This document shows, one piece after another, positions 53,593 through 61,769 of a stretch of 64,000 nt of DNA. This DNA is from an uncultured Candidatus Peribacteria bacterium (lineage in GTDB: Bacteria > Patescibacteriota > Gracilibacteria > UBA1369 > 2-02-FULL-48-14): the NCBI GenBank assembly GCA_964387375.1, contig CAYLWB010000002.1, positions 27,173 through 91,172 of the forward strand, in the 5' to 3' direction. The notes beneath the pieces were generated by a model that made no database searches, was not told the DNA's origin, and saw only the letters and a program-made list of their open reading frames with translations. The stretch's first letter is position 1. Each line of letters starts with the position of its first letter. Made by a program: the position numbers and the translations under genes.

Positions 53593-54702
53593 ATGATGTT
53601 CAATTTTCTTTATAAAAACGCAGTACGTCCACTTATTTTTCTGGTCGATCCCGAAAAAATACATGACACCTTTGTACATTTTGGATCTTTTTTAGGGAAA
53701 TATAAGATTTTACGAAATTCACTCCACAGGCTTCTTGCCTATGAAAACCCTATTTTAGAGCAAGAATTCTTTGGGATTTCCTTTAAGAACCCCATCGGAC
53801 TATCTGCTGGTTTTGATAAAGAAGCAGATTTGCCAAAAACGATAGAGGCCGTTGGATTTGGCTTCACAGATATTGGTTCCGTCACACATTTGCCCTACGA
53901 AGGCAACCCTTATCCCCGCTTGTACCGACTCAAGAAATCGAAAGGGATCGTTGTGTATTATGGACTCAAAAATTTGGGCGTACGAGCTACACTCAAAAAA
54001 CTCGAGTACACACAGGCTCCAGGCTTCCCTACGGGTATTTCTGTAGCAAAAACAAACTGCAAAGAAACAGTAGATCGAAAACAAGGGATTCAAGACTACT
54101 GCGCCAGCTTGGAGATACTGGAAAAAGCTCCTATGGGCAGTTTTTACACGCTCAATATTTCCTGTCCCAATGCCTTTGGAGGAGAACCTTTCACAACACC
54201 AGAAGATTTGGAGGCTCTTTTGAAAGCCGTAAAAAAGCTTCAGATTCAAAAACCCATTTTCGTGAAGATGCCCATCAACCTTAGCTGGAAAGTGTTTAAA
54301 AAACTTTTAGACCTTCTTCTAGCTTATGAGATACAAGGTGTCATCATTGGAAATTTGAATAAAAACCATAAAGACCCTCATGTAAAGGATGTGATTCCAC
54401 CCCATGTAAAGGGGGGAATAAGCGGACGACCATGCAAAGATCTTTCTAATTTTCTTATTGGGAAAACCTATCAATACACTCAAGGAAAATTACTAATCGT
54501 TGGGGTGGGAGGAATTTTTTCTGCAGAAGATGCTTACGAAAAAATCCGGCTTGGCGCTTCACTCCTGCAACTCATCACAGGAATGATTTACGAAGGCCCA
54601 CAGCTCATTGGCCAAATCAACAAAGGCTTAGTACGACTTCTAAAAAAAGATGGGTATACCCACCTTTCTCAAGCCATTGGGCAAAACAAAAGAGCGCACT
54701 AG
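53593..54702 (+). CDS. pyrD: dihydroorotate dehydrogenase (quinone), class 2
   Basis: FKNPIGLSAGFDKEA, NISCPN and GGISGRP motifs, with the N-terminal extension typical of class 2. Confidence 0.9.
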   Translation: MMFNFLYKNAVRPLIFLVDPEKIHDTFVHFGSFLGKYKILRNSLHRLLAYENPILEQEFFGISFKNPIGLSAGFDKEADLPKTIEAVGFGFTDIGSVTHLPYEGNPYPRLYRLKKSKGIVVYYGLKNLGVRATLKKLEYTQAPGFPTGISVAKTNCKETVDRKQGIQDYCASLEILEKAPMGSFYTLNISCPNAFGGEPFTTPEDLEALLKAVKKLQIQKPIFVKMPINLSWKVFKKLLDLLLAYEIQGVIIGNLNKNHKDPHVKDVIPPHVKGGISGRPCKDLSNFLIGKTYQYTQGKLLIVGVGGIFSAEDAYEKIRLGASLLQLITGMIYEGPQLIGQINKGLVRLLKKDGYTHLSQAIGQNKRAH

Positions 54703-54717
54703 ACGCCCTTTTGTTTT
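54683..54717. terminator. bidirectional hairpin terminator overlapping the pyrD stop
   Basis: AAAACAAAAG / CTTTTGTTTT 10-bp arms plus an inner GCG/CGC, with an A-tract on one side and a T-tract on the other. Confidence 0.6.
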
Positions 54718-54722
54718 AATAA

Positions 54723-55094
54723 CTATCTTTTTGTTGCAAGACCCATTACAGATCCAAGAAGGATCAAAAGGGTAGAAGCCAAGGTAAGCCATCCTACCAA
54801 AGTATTGATAGAATCGTAGCCTAGGCCAGATGGGTTGTTCGCCATAAAGATCAGCCCAATCAAAAGACCTGCCAAAAGAGCAAGTCCGTAAAAGAGCTTA
54901 GATCCTTTTTTGGAACCCATTGCTGCGAAAAGGGCAGCCAAAACGGCGGCAACGAGGAGTACGTATCCTGTGTTGGTTCCCCAAGCCTTGAAGGTCATCA
55001 CTTCGTCAAGAAGATCAAAGCTGTACCAAGGCATGAAGGCACTTACGACTCCAACGAGACCTCCAAGAATGGCAAGCATTGCACCCTTAGACAT
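54723..55094 (-). CDS. small membrane protein
   Basis: 123 aa with four hydrophobic helices. Confidence 0.55.
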   Translation of the reverse strand: MSKGAMLAILGGLVGVVSAFMPWYSFDLLDEVMTFKAWGTNTGYVLLVAAVLAALFAAMGSKKGSKLFYGLALLAGLLIGLIFMANNPSGLGYDSINTLVGWLTLASTLLILLGSVMGLATKR

Positions 55095-55146
55095 AGCGGG
55101 AGAGGGTTAGGAAATAATCGGAGAAAGTCTACCCCAAGGATGCCCC

Positions 55147-55674
55147 CTAAGCAACCCTTCTCCCTGCGCCATGCCCACCCCGTCTAATCTCTTGAAGCTT
55201 GCACCAAAAATAGGCCCCCAGCTCTGCCAACTCTCTCCTAGAGTAAGGTGGTTGTTCATTATCTAAGGCGGCATGTAAAAGACGTTGATTCACCAACGCA
55301 GGCGCTAAACGAACCGCCCCATTGAATTTTGCATACGGAAGGATTCCACGCATTGGTTCAGTAGAAAATCCACTTCGCCCACCCAGCTCAAGATCTTCTT
55401 GAAAAAGCCCAAGACCAAAACGATCTGCAATTAACCTTGCAAATGCTCTGTTTGCGACTCGATTGATGGTCGTTACATGTTGCACAGCTCTAGGCAGATC
55501 TATCCCTCTTGCGGCACTTACAACAGCTTCTCCGAGCCTCAATTGCTCTAAAATCCACTGCGGGTGACCATCACCTCTTTCAAAAATATGCACTCCTTCT
55601 TGAGTGGCATATGTTTTTTTCAAACCCAGCTCTTTTAATAGCCAAAGCTTGGTTCTTTGGGCTAAAGGGCACAC
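55147..55674 (-). CDS. hypothetical protein (GTG start; may be the 3' part of a frameshifted gene)
   Basis: 175-aa ORF that overlaps the upstream ORF by 95 nt in a different frame. Confidence 0.4.
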   Translation of the reverse strand: MCPLAQRTKLWLLKELGLKKTYATQEGVHIFERGDGHPQWILEQLRLGEAVVSAARGIDLPRAVQHVTTINRVANRAFARLIADRFGLGLFQEDLELGGRSGFSTEPMRGILPYAKFNGAVRLAPALVNQRLLHAALDNEQPPYSRRELAELGAYFWCKLQEIRRGGHGAGRRVA

Positions 55675-55999
55675 GAACTGTCAGTGTAGGAACTGGGACC
55701 TCTATCCCTAAACTCATCTTTCGTCTAATCCGTGGAGGAAGCAAGAAAGGTGGCCCATTTACAGTCCCAGGGTCTCTATCTGCAACTTTTCGCATAGCTG
55801 TCTCATCCAGCTCGGACCCCAAGAGAACAAAAGCAGCCCCATCTACAAAAGTTACACGAAGCGCATCTTCTCTTACAAAAAAACCATCTTCACGAAGACG
55901 GGTGCCTTCTGCATCAATCACAAGCAAGCGCCCAGCTGGAGAACGCCCCATAAGCTCCTGAGCATCATCCTCTCCACCCTCTTTAGGTTCAAGCTTCAT
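55580..55999 (-). CDS. hypothetical protein (may be the 5' part of a frameshifted gene)
   Basis: 139-aa ORF. Its last 30 or so codons overlap the next ORF. Confidence 0.4.
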   Translation of the reverse strand: MKLEPKEGGEDDAQELMGRSPAGRLLVIDAEGTRLREDGFFVREDALRVTFVDGAAFVLLGSELDETAMRKVADRDPGTVNGPPFLLPPRIRRKMSLGIEVPVPTLTVRVPFSPKNQALAIKRAGFEKNICHSRRSAYF

Positions 56000-56080
56000 T
56001 CTTTAATATGGGATTTTTTTTAATTTTGTCAAAGTTGCTGCCCTATTGTCAAGAAGGGTGCAGCCCAGTAGTCTGTCCCT

Positions 56081-56986
56081 ATGAATGCTGTCTCTATTCA
56101 AAAACTTACAAAAACCTACGCCACCGGCACCCAAGCACTTAAAGGAATCAACCTGGAAATCGCTGAAGGTGACTTCTTTGCTTTGCTCGGTTCCAATGGA
56201 GCTGGAAAAACAACAACGATTGGTATTTTAACGAAACTCGTTAACAAAAGTCAGGGTGAGGTAAAGGTGTTTGGTTTCGATCTTGAAACCCATCCCAATG
56301 AAGCAAAGCAACGCATTGGAGTCGTACCCCAAGAGTTCAACTTCAATATTTTTGAAAAAGTCATAGATATTGTAACCCAACAAGCTGGATATTTTGGCAT
56401 TCCTCGGAAACAGGCCCTAAAACGAGCCGAAGAAGTTCTTAAGGCTTTGGAGCTTTGGGAAAAGCGTGATACACGCTCTCAAGCACTTTCTGGTGGAATG
56501 AAGCGCCGCCTAATGATTGCTCGGGCACTCATGCACAAGCCAAAACTTTTGATTTTAGATGAGCCAACAGCCGGTGTAGATGTGGAATTGCGGCATGGCA
56601 TGTGGGACTATTTAAAAAAACTCAACAGAGAAGGTACAACCATTTTATTGACCACTCACTACCTGGAAGAAGTCGAACAGCTCTGTAAAAACGTAGCGAT
56701 CATCAAAGAAGGTGTGATTGTTAAACAAGACAGCGTTAAAAACATGCTGCGTTCTTTGGAGGTTCAAAGCTACACCGTAGATGTGATTGATTTGCCGGCA
56801 AAATTCACACTCCCCGATTATCCATTTGAAAAAATTGACGCACACACACTTGAAATTGAGCTCAAGGATAAACAGCCTTTGACTGATTTGATCGTTGCAC
56901 TCAAAGAGCAGAGCATCTTGGTCAAAGATATCCGCCCCAAAGGAAACCGCATGGAACAACTCTTTTTAAACATTTTGAAGCAATGA
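56081..56986 (+). CDS. ABC transporter ATP-binding protein (ABC-2/NatA type)
   Basis: GSNGAGKTT, LSGGMKRRL, LILDEPTAGVD. Confidence 0.9.
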   Translation: MNAVSIQKLTKTYATGTQALKGINLEIAEGDFFALLGSNGAGKTTTIGILTKLVNKSQGEVKVFGFDLETHPNEAKQRIGVVPQEFNFNIFEKVIDIVTQQAGYFGIPRKQALKRAEEVLKALELWEKRDTRSQALSGGMKRRLMIARALMHKPKLLILDEPTAGVDVELRHGMWDYLKKLNREGTTILLTTHYLEEVEQLCKNVAIIKEGVIVKQDSVKNMLRSLEVQSYTVDVIDLPAKFTLPDYPFEKIDAHTLEIELKDKQPLTDLIVALKEQSILVKDIRPKGNRMEQLFLNILKQ

Positions 56987-57762
56987 TAAAGCAGAGCACG
57001 CTCAACTGGGTCGCTTTTCTTACCTTGTTACGCAAGGAGTGCAACCGATGGCTACGCATTTGGAAGCAAACCCTGCTCCCAGTGGTCATCAACCAAACTT
57101 TGTACTTCATTATTTTTGGCTCCATGATTGGCTCCCGTATAGGTGAAGTCAAAGGTGTTTCTTACATGGCTTTTTTGGTGCCAGGACTCGTAATGATGGC
57201 AATCATCAATGGGGCCTTCAATAACGTAGTGAGTTCTTTTTTTGGTTCTAAGTTCCAAAAAAACATCGAAGAACTTTTGGTTTCACCCACTCCAAATTGG
57301 GTGATTATCGCAGGCTATGTAGCAGGTGGTGTGGGTCGAGGTCTCACCGTAGGACTTTTGGTTTTTTTGGTTTCCTTTTTCTTTGCTCGCCCTGAAATTT
57401 ACAGCCTGAGCTTGATTTTATTATTTTCTATTCTCACCGCAGTGCTCTTTTCTCTGGGTGGCTTGCTCAATGGTATTTATGCACAAAAATTCGACGACGT
57501 GAGCATTTTCAACTCCTTTATTTTAACACCCCTCATTTATCTTGGAGGTGTTTTCTACAGTATTGAAGGGTTTTCGCCTTTTTGGCAGAACTTCGCAAAA
57601 GCCAATCCCCTGCTCTACATGGTGGATGGTTTTCGTTACGGGTTTTATGGTGTTTCGGACATTTCCATTTCAATCAGTCTGAGTATTTTGCTCGTTTTAA
57701 CGGTGATGGCAACTGTGCTCTGCTTGCATCTCATGCGCATTGGGAAAGGCCTTCGAACATAA
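56983..57762 (+). CDS. ABC-2 type transporter permease
   Basis: Six hydrophobic segments; ATGA overlap with the ATPase gene. Confidence 0.85.
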   Translation: MIKQSTLNWVAFLTLLRKECNRWLRIWKQTLLPVVINQTLYFIIFGSMIGSRIGEVKGVSYMAFLVPGLVMMAIINGAFNNVVSSFFGSKFQKNIEELLVSPTPNWVIIAGYVAGGVGRGLTVGLLVFLVSFFFARPEIYSLSLILLFSILTAVLFSLGGLLNGIYAQKFDDVSIFNSFILTPLIYLGGVFYSIEGFSPFWQNFAKANPLLYMVDGFRYGFYGVSDISISISLSILLVLTVMATVLCLHLMRIGKGLRT

Positions 57763-57829
57763 AAAGCTTTCCGATGGAATTTTTAATGTTTTCATGACAC
57801 AATTCCAGATGAACTTTAGCCTAAAACTC

Positions 57830-58243
57830 ATGTTTAAAAAATTTCTCGTCCTCTTGACCCTTCCTTTTCTATTATTAACTGGCTGCAAGGCCGATTCTAT
57901 GGAAAATTCTCACACACAAAAAAATGGACTCGTCATTGAAGATCTTGTCGTTGGTGATGGCTCTGAGGTTAAAAAAGGCAATACAGTGGAAGTGCACTAC
58001 ACTGGCAGCTTAGAAGATGGAACTGTATTCGATAGCTCACTTGAACGCGCCCCTTTTAGTTTTAAGGTGGGGAATGGAGATGTGATCGCAGGATGGGATC
58101 AAGGCTTGGTGGGCATGAAAGTGGGCGGGAAACGCAAACTCACCATTCCTTCAAGTTTGGGCTATGGAGACCGTGGTTACCCTGGAGTGATCCCAGGTGG
58201 TGCAACTTTGATCTTTGAGATTGAACTTCTGAGCATTGAATGA
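57830..58243 (+). CDS. FKBP-type peptidyl-prolyl cis-trans isomerase, lipoprotein
   Basis: Lipobox LLLTGC, then [16 protein letters not shown]...[20 protein letters not shown]...[11 protein letters not shown] at 57830 is preferred over the ORF start at 57740. Confidence 0.85.
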   Translation: MFKKFLVLLTLPFLLLTGCKADSMENSHTQKNGLVIEDLVVGDGSEVKKGNTVEVHYTGSLEDGTVFDSSLERAPFSFKVGNGDVIAGWDQGLVGMKVGGKRKLTIPSSLGYGDRGYPGVIPGGATLIFEIELLSIE

Positions 58244-59205
58244 TGAGCGATTTGAATACAAAAGTTGTTCAAATTTTTTCTGAAATTGGGGACATGCTCG
58301 AAGTCCTCGGGGAGAATGTTTTTCGTGTACGAGCCTATCGCCGTGCAGCTGAAGTCATTCGTAACCTAGGCCGTGACCTTAAAGAAGTTCACGAGAGCGA
58401 AGATGAATCCATTGAGGCAATCTCGGGTATAGGCAAAGATCTGCATTTGAAAATTGTGGAAATCATTCAAACAGGTGGTTGTAAAATGCATGAACAGCTT
58501 CTTGAGAAGCTCTCTCCTGGAATTCTGGACATCCTACGCATTCGTGGGATTGGGCCTAAAAAGGTGAAGCTTTTTTACGAGCAACTGGGCATCGACTCTC
58601 TCGAAAAATTGAAAAGTGCAGCAGAAAATGGAGCATTGGCTGGGCTCCCAGGCATGGGTGAAAAGAGTGAATTGGCTATTCGTGAAGCACTCAAACAAAG
58701 CAGTTTTTCCACCGATCGCATCCCCTACAAAGAGGCTCGAAAAGAAGCAGATGCTTATCTTGAGTACATGAAAAAATGCCCTGCATTGGAAAAAGTAGAG
58801 GCAGCAGGCAGCCTACGCCGTGAACGGGAAACCATTGGTGACGTGGATCTCTTAGCCACTGGAACCGATGCTGCAGCCATGAGTCAGCACTTTCTCGCCT
58901 ACCCAAAAATCACTCAAGTTCTGGCGGCAGGTGACACCAAGTCCAGCGTGATGATCGACAACCGCATCCAAGTGGACTTTCGTGTGGTTGAGCCCGAGAG
59001 CTTTGGAGCTGCACTCTTTTATTTTACCGGGCCCAAGCACTTCAACATTGCGGTGCGTACCTTGGCCCTCAAACGCAACTTAAAGGTGAATGAGTACGGC
59101 TTGTACAGAGGTGAAGAAAAAATTGCTGGTAAAACAGAGGAAGAAATTTTTAAAGCTCTCGAACTGTCCTATCTCACCCCTAAAGAACGAGAAGACTATC
59201 AATAA
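58240..59205 (+). CDS. family X DNA polymerase core (Pol beta-like) without a PHP domain
   Basis: HhH motifs ([16 protein letters not shown]) and nucleotidyltransferase motif [16 protein letters not shown]. The 321-aa protein ends after the thumb region. Confidence 0.8.
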   Translation: MMSDLNTKVVQIFSEIGDMLEVLGENVFRVRAYRRAAEVIRNLGRDLKEVHESEDESIEAISGIGKDLHLKIVEIIQTGGCKMHEQLLEKLSPGILDILRIRGIGPKKVKLFYEQLGIDSLEKLKSAAENGALAGLPGMGEKSELAIREALKQSSFSTDRIPYKEARKEADAYLEYMKKCPALEKVEAAGSLRRERETIGDVDLLATGTDAAAMSQHFLAYPKITQVLAAGDTKSSVMIDNRIQVDFRVVEPESFGAALFYFTGPKHFNIAVRTLALKRNLKVNEYGLYRGEEKIAGKTEEEIFKALELSYLTPKEREDYQ

Positions 59206-59894
59206 TGCAACATTTCATACTCGAGGCTGACCTTTCAAGCTCTCTCCTCTCCATAACCGACAAAGACATCCTGCATCAAATGAAAAATGTGCTGCGTTTT
59301 CGCCCTGGCGAAAGCTGCATCGTTCTGAACGGCCAAGGGGCTCGTGCTCAAGGTAAGATCCGTGAACTCCATCGACATGGAGCCGTCATTGAGCTCAGCA
59401 AGTTAGAAACGTTTCCGAGCCCAAAAACTGCACTACGACTCTACTGTGCCCTACCCAAAAAACCTTCCACTTTCGAATGGGTTTTGCAAAAAGCTACAGA
59501 ACTCGGGGTTACCGAACTCATCCCACTGATCTCTGAACGCTGCCAGGTGAAAGACTTAAAAAAAGCCCCACGTCTGGAAGCTATCGTTAAAGAAGCAGCC
59601 GAACAAGCTGAACGGCTCTTCCTACCTATCTTGCAGACTCCAGTGGAATTAAAAAGCCTTTTGAAGGAACTCCCTGAAGGAACTTGCCTCGTGGGCGATG
59701 CACGTGAAGGTGAAGCTTTACCAAAAGGTTTGAAAGGTGACTTGAACCTATTCATTGGACCCGAGGGTGGTTTTAGCCCTCAAGAACTCGAAGAGTTTAA
59801 AAAAAAGGGCGCCCATATTTTCAAACTCGGTGACACGGTTTTGCGCGTAGAAACCGCGGCCGTGGCGGCCCTGTCCTTGCTCCGCTACAACTGA
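59205..59894 (+). CDS. rsmE: 16S rRNA (uracil1498-N3)-methyltransferase
   Basis: SPOUT/RsmE C-terminal motif LFIGPEGGFSPQELE...LGDTVLRVETA. Confidence 0.85.
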   Translation: MQHFILEADLSSSLLSITDKDILHQMKNVLRFRPGESCIVLNGQGARAQGKIRELHRHGAVIELSKLETFPSPKTALRLYCALPKKPSTFEWVLQKATELGVTELIPLISERCQVKDLKKAPRLEAIVKEAAEQAERLFLPILQTPVELKSLLKELPEGTCLVGDAREGEALPKGLKGDLNLFIGPEGGFSPQELEEFKKKGAHIFKLGDTVLRVETAAVAALSLLRYN

Positions 59895-59929
59895 ATCTGC
59901 TAAGCTTTACCCATACCCTCCACAATCTT

Positions 59930-60523
59930 ATGAAAAAATTACTTTTTGCTGGTCTCTCTGCGACCCTCCTTTCTGCCTGTGCACTCCTCGGCCCCACCAT
60001 CACTTTCACCACCCCAAATGAAGCTGTGATCGACCCAGCGGTGGACACACTTGATTTGGCTGTGAGTCAACCCATGATGGCTTACCTTTCTCAAGCGAAA
60101 TGTGAAGGCCAAGAGGCTATTGAAATTCTGCCTGTGATTACCGAAGACATGGAATCCACCACTGCACACAACCTTCCCTTGAGCATTTTAGATGGGCAAA
60201 ACCCTGGAACCCGCTGCGAACTGACTGTTTCTGTCTACAACCAAAGCACTACCACCAATTTCAGTAAAAATATCGATGTCTATGTTTTAGCTGAACCTGT
60301 TGAAGAAGTTGTTGCAGAAGAGGTCGTTGTGGAAGAAGAAGTCACAGAAGTGGAGGCTCCCCTTGTAGAAGAAGAGACTCCCATTGAAACCGAAGAAACA
60401 AACCCAGCTGCGGGAGGTTCTGAACTCACTCAAGAAGAATGCTTGGCCGCAGGTGGCCAATACGTAAGCAAAATGGGAGAAGGTGAAATCTTGATCCAAA
60501 GCTGTGAACTCGAAACAGAGTAA
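59930..60523 (+). CDS. hypothetical lipoprotein with acidic Val/Glu-rich tract
   Basis: Lipobox LLSAC and low-complexity VEEVVAEEVVVEEEVTEVE. Confidence 0.55.
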   Translation: MKKLLFAGLSATLLSACALLGPTITFTTPNEAVIDPAVDTLDLAVSQPMMAYLSQAKCEGQEAIEILPVITEDMESTTAHNLPLSILDGQNPGTRCELTVSVYNQSTTTNFSKNIDVYVLAEPVEEVVAEEVVVEEEVTEVEAPLVEEETPIETEETNPAAGGSELTQEECLAAGGQYVSKMGEGEILIQSCELETE

Positions 60524-61154
60524 ACTCCTCGAACTGCTTCGCAAAAGCAGTGCAGAATTGAACCTTTTTTCGGCAGGTGACCGGGATAAGTTGGCTGAAA
60601 AACATTTGCCCGATGCACTTGCGATTTTGCCTTTTTTCTCCTTTCAAAAAGGTGCTGAACTTTTGGATTTAGGAACGGGCGGAGGCATTCCCGGACTTCC
60701 ATTAGCTATCGAATGCCCTGACTTTTTCTTTACTCTTTGTGATGCCCGTCAAAAAAAATGCGCAGCCATCGATTCTATGATTGCTGACTTGGCTCTTAAA
60801 AATGCTCAAACTCTTTCAGGTCGTTTTGAAGACCTCGCCCACGAGCGAGCCCACCGAGCCCATTACGATGGGGTTTTGGCTCGTGCCGTAGCTCCTCTCC
60901 CCGTGCTCTTGGAATATGCAGCGGGCTTTTTAAAAGACGGAGGGAAGCTCTATGCCTGGAAGGGGCAAAACCATGAAATAGAGCTACAAGAAGCCCAGAA
61001 CGCCTTAAAAATTCTTGGGTTTCACGAAGAAGGTTTACACCCTTACACACTCCCTACTGGAGAAACTCGTGTGATCCTATGCTTTATTCGAAAAGGAAAA
61101 TTGGATAAGATGCTTCCCCGAAAGGCTGGAATACCAAAAAGAAAACCACTCTAA
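60504..61154 (+). CDS. rsmG: 16S rRNA (guanine527-N7)-methyltransferase
   Basis: LLDLGTGGGIPGLPLAI and VLARAVAP motifs; GTG start. Confidence 0.85.
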   Translation: MNSKQSKLLELLRKSSAELNLFSAGDRDKLAEKHLPDALAILPFFSFQKGAELLDLGTGGGIPGLPLAIECPDFFFTLCDARQKKCAAIDSMIADLALKNAQTLSGRFEDLAHERAHRAHYDGVLARAVAPLPVLLEYAAGFLKDGGKLYAWKGQNHEIELQEAQNALKILGFHEEGLHPYTLPTGETRVILCFIRKGKLDKMLPRKAGIPKRKPL

Positions 61155-61769
61155 ATGCCAAAACCTTACCAAGTCCAAGACATTTACTTCCACCGCGCTA
61201 AAAAAGAGGGCTATCGTGCACGCAGTGTTTACAAACTCAAAGAGATTCAAGAAAAATTTCACCTCATCCGGAAAGGTGATATTGTCATCGACCTAGGAGC
61301 TGCCCCAGGAAGTTTCATGCAAATCATTTTGGAGTGGGTGGGCCCACAGGGCCGTTGCATAGGGATAGATTTACAAGAAATCGAGAGTTTCGATCAGCAA
61401 AATGCCGCGGTAGTGCAAGGAGATATTTTTGAAACAGAAACTCTACTCCCCCTGCTTCGATCCAAGGGCTTTTGTCCAGCTGACGTTGTGACTAGCGATT
61501 TAGCTCCAAAAACCAGCGGCATCCGCGACGTGGATCAAGCCCGCAGCGCTGAACTCACCGAACAGGCTTTTGATTGGGCCAAACTCTGCTTAAAACCTGG
61601 TGGTCACTTTGTGGGCAAGGTCTTTGAAGGCGAAGACTTCCCCTTCCTAATCAAGAAAATGAAGCGCCACTTTAAAACGGTGAAGAGCTACAAACCAACC
61701 GCATGTAGGGATAGGAGTTTTGAAACCTATTTGGTAGGAATCGGTTTTATCCCCAGTCGAACTAGTTGA
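61155..61769 (+). CDS. rlmE: 23S rRNA (uridine2552-2'-O)-methyltransferase
   Basis: YRARSVYKLKEI..., VIDLGAAPGSF, SDLAPKTSG (FtsJ/RlmE motifs). Confidence 0.9.
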   Translation: MPKPYQVQDIYFHRAKKEGYRARSVYKLKEIQEKFHLIRKGDIVIDLGAAPGSFMQIILEWVGPQGRCIGIDLQEIESFDQQNAAVVQGDIFETETLLPLLRSKGFCPADVVTSDLAPKTSGIRDVDQARSAELTEQAFDWAKLCLKPGGHFVGKVFEGEDFPFLIKKMKRHFKTVKSYKPTACRDRSFETYLVGIGFIPSRTS

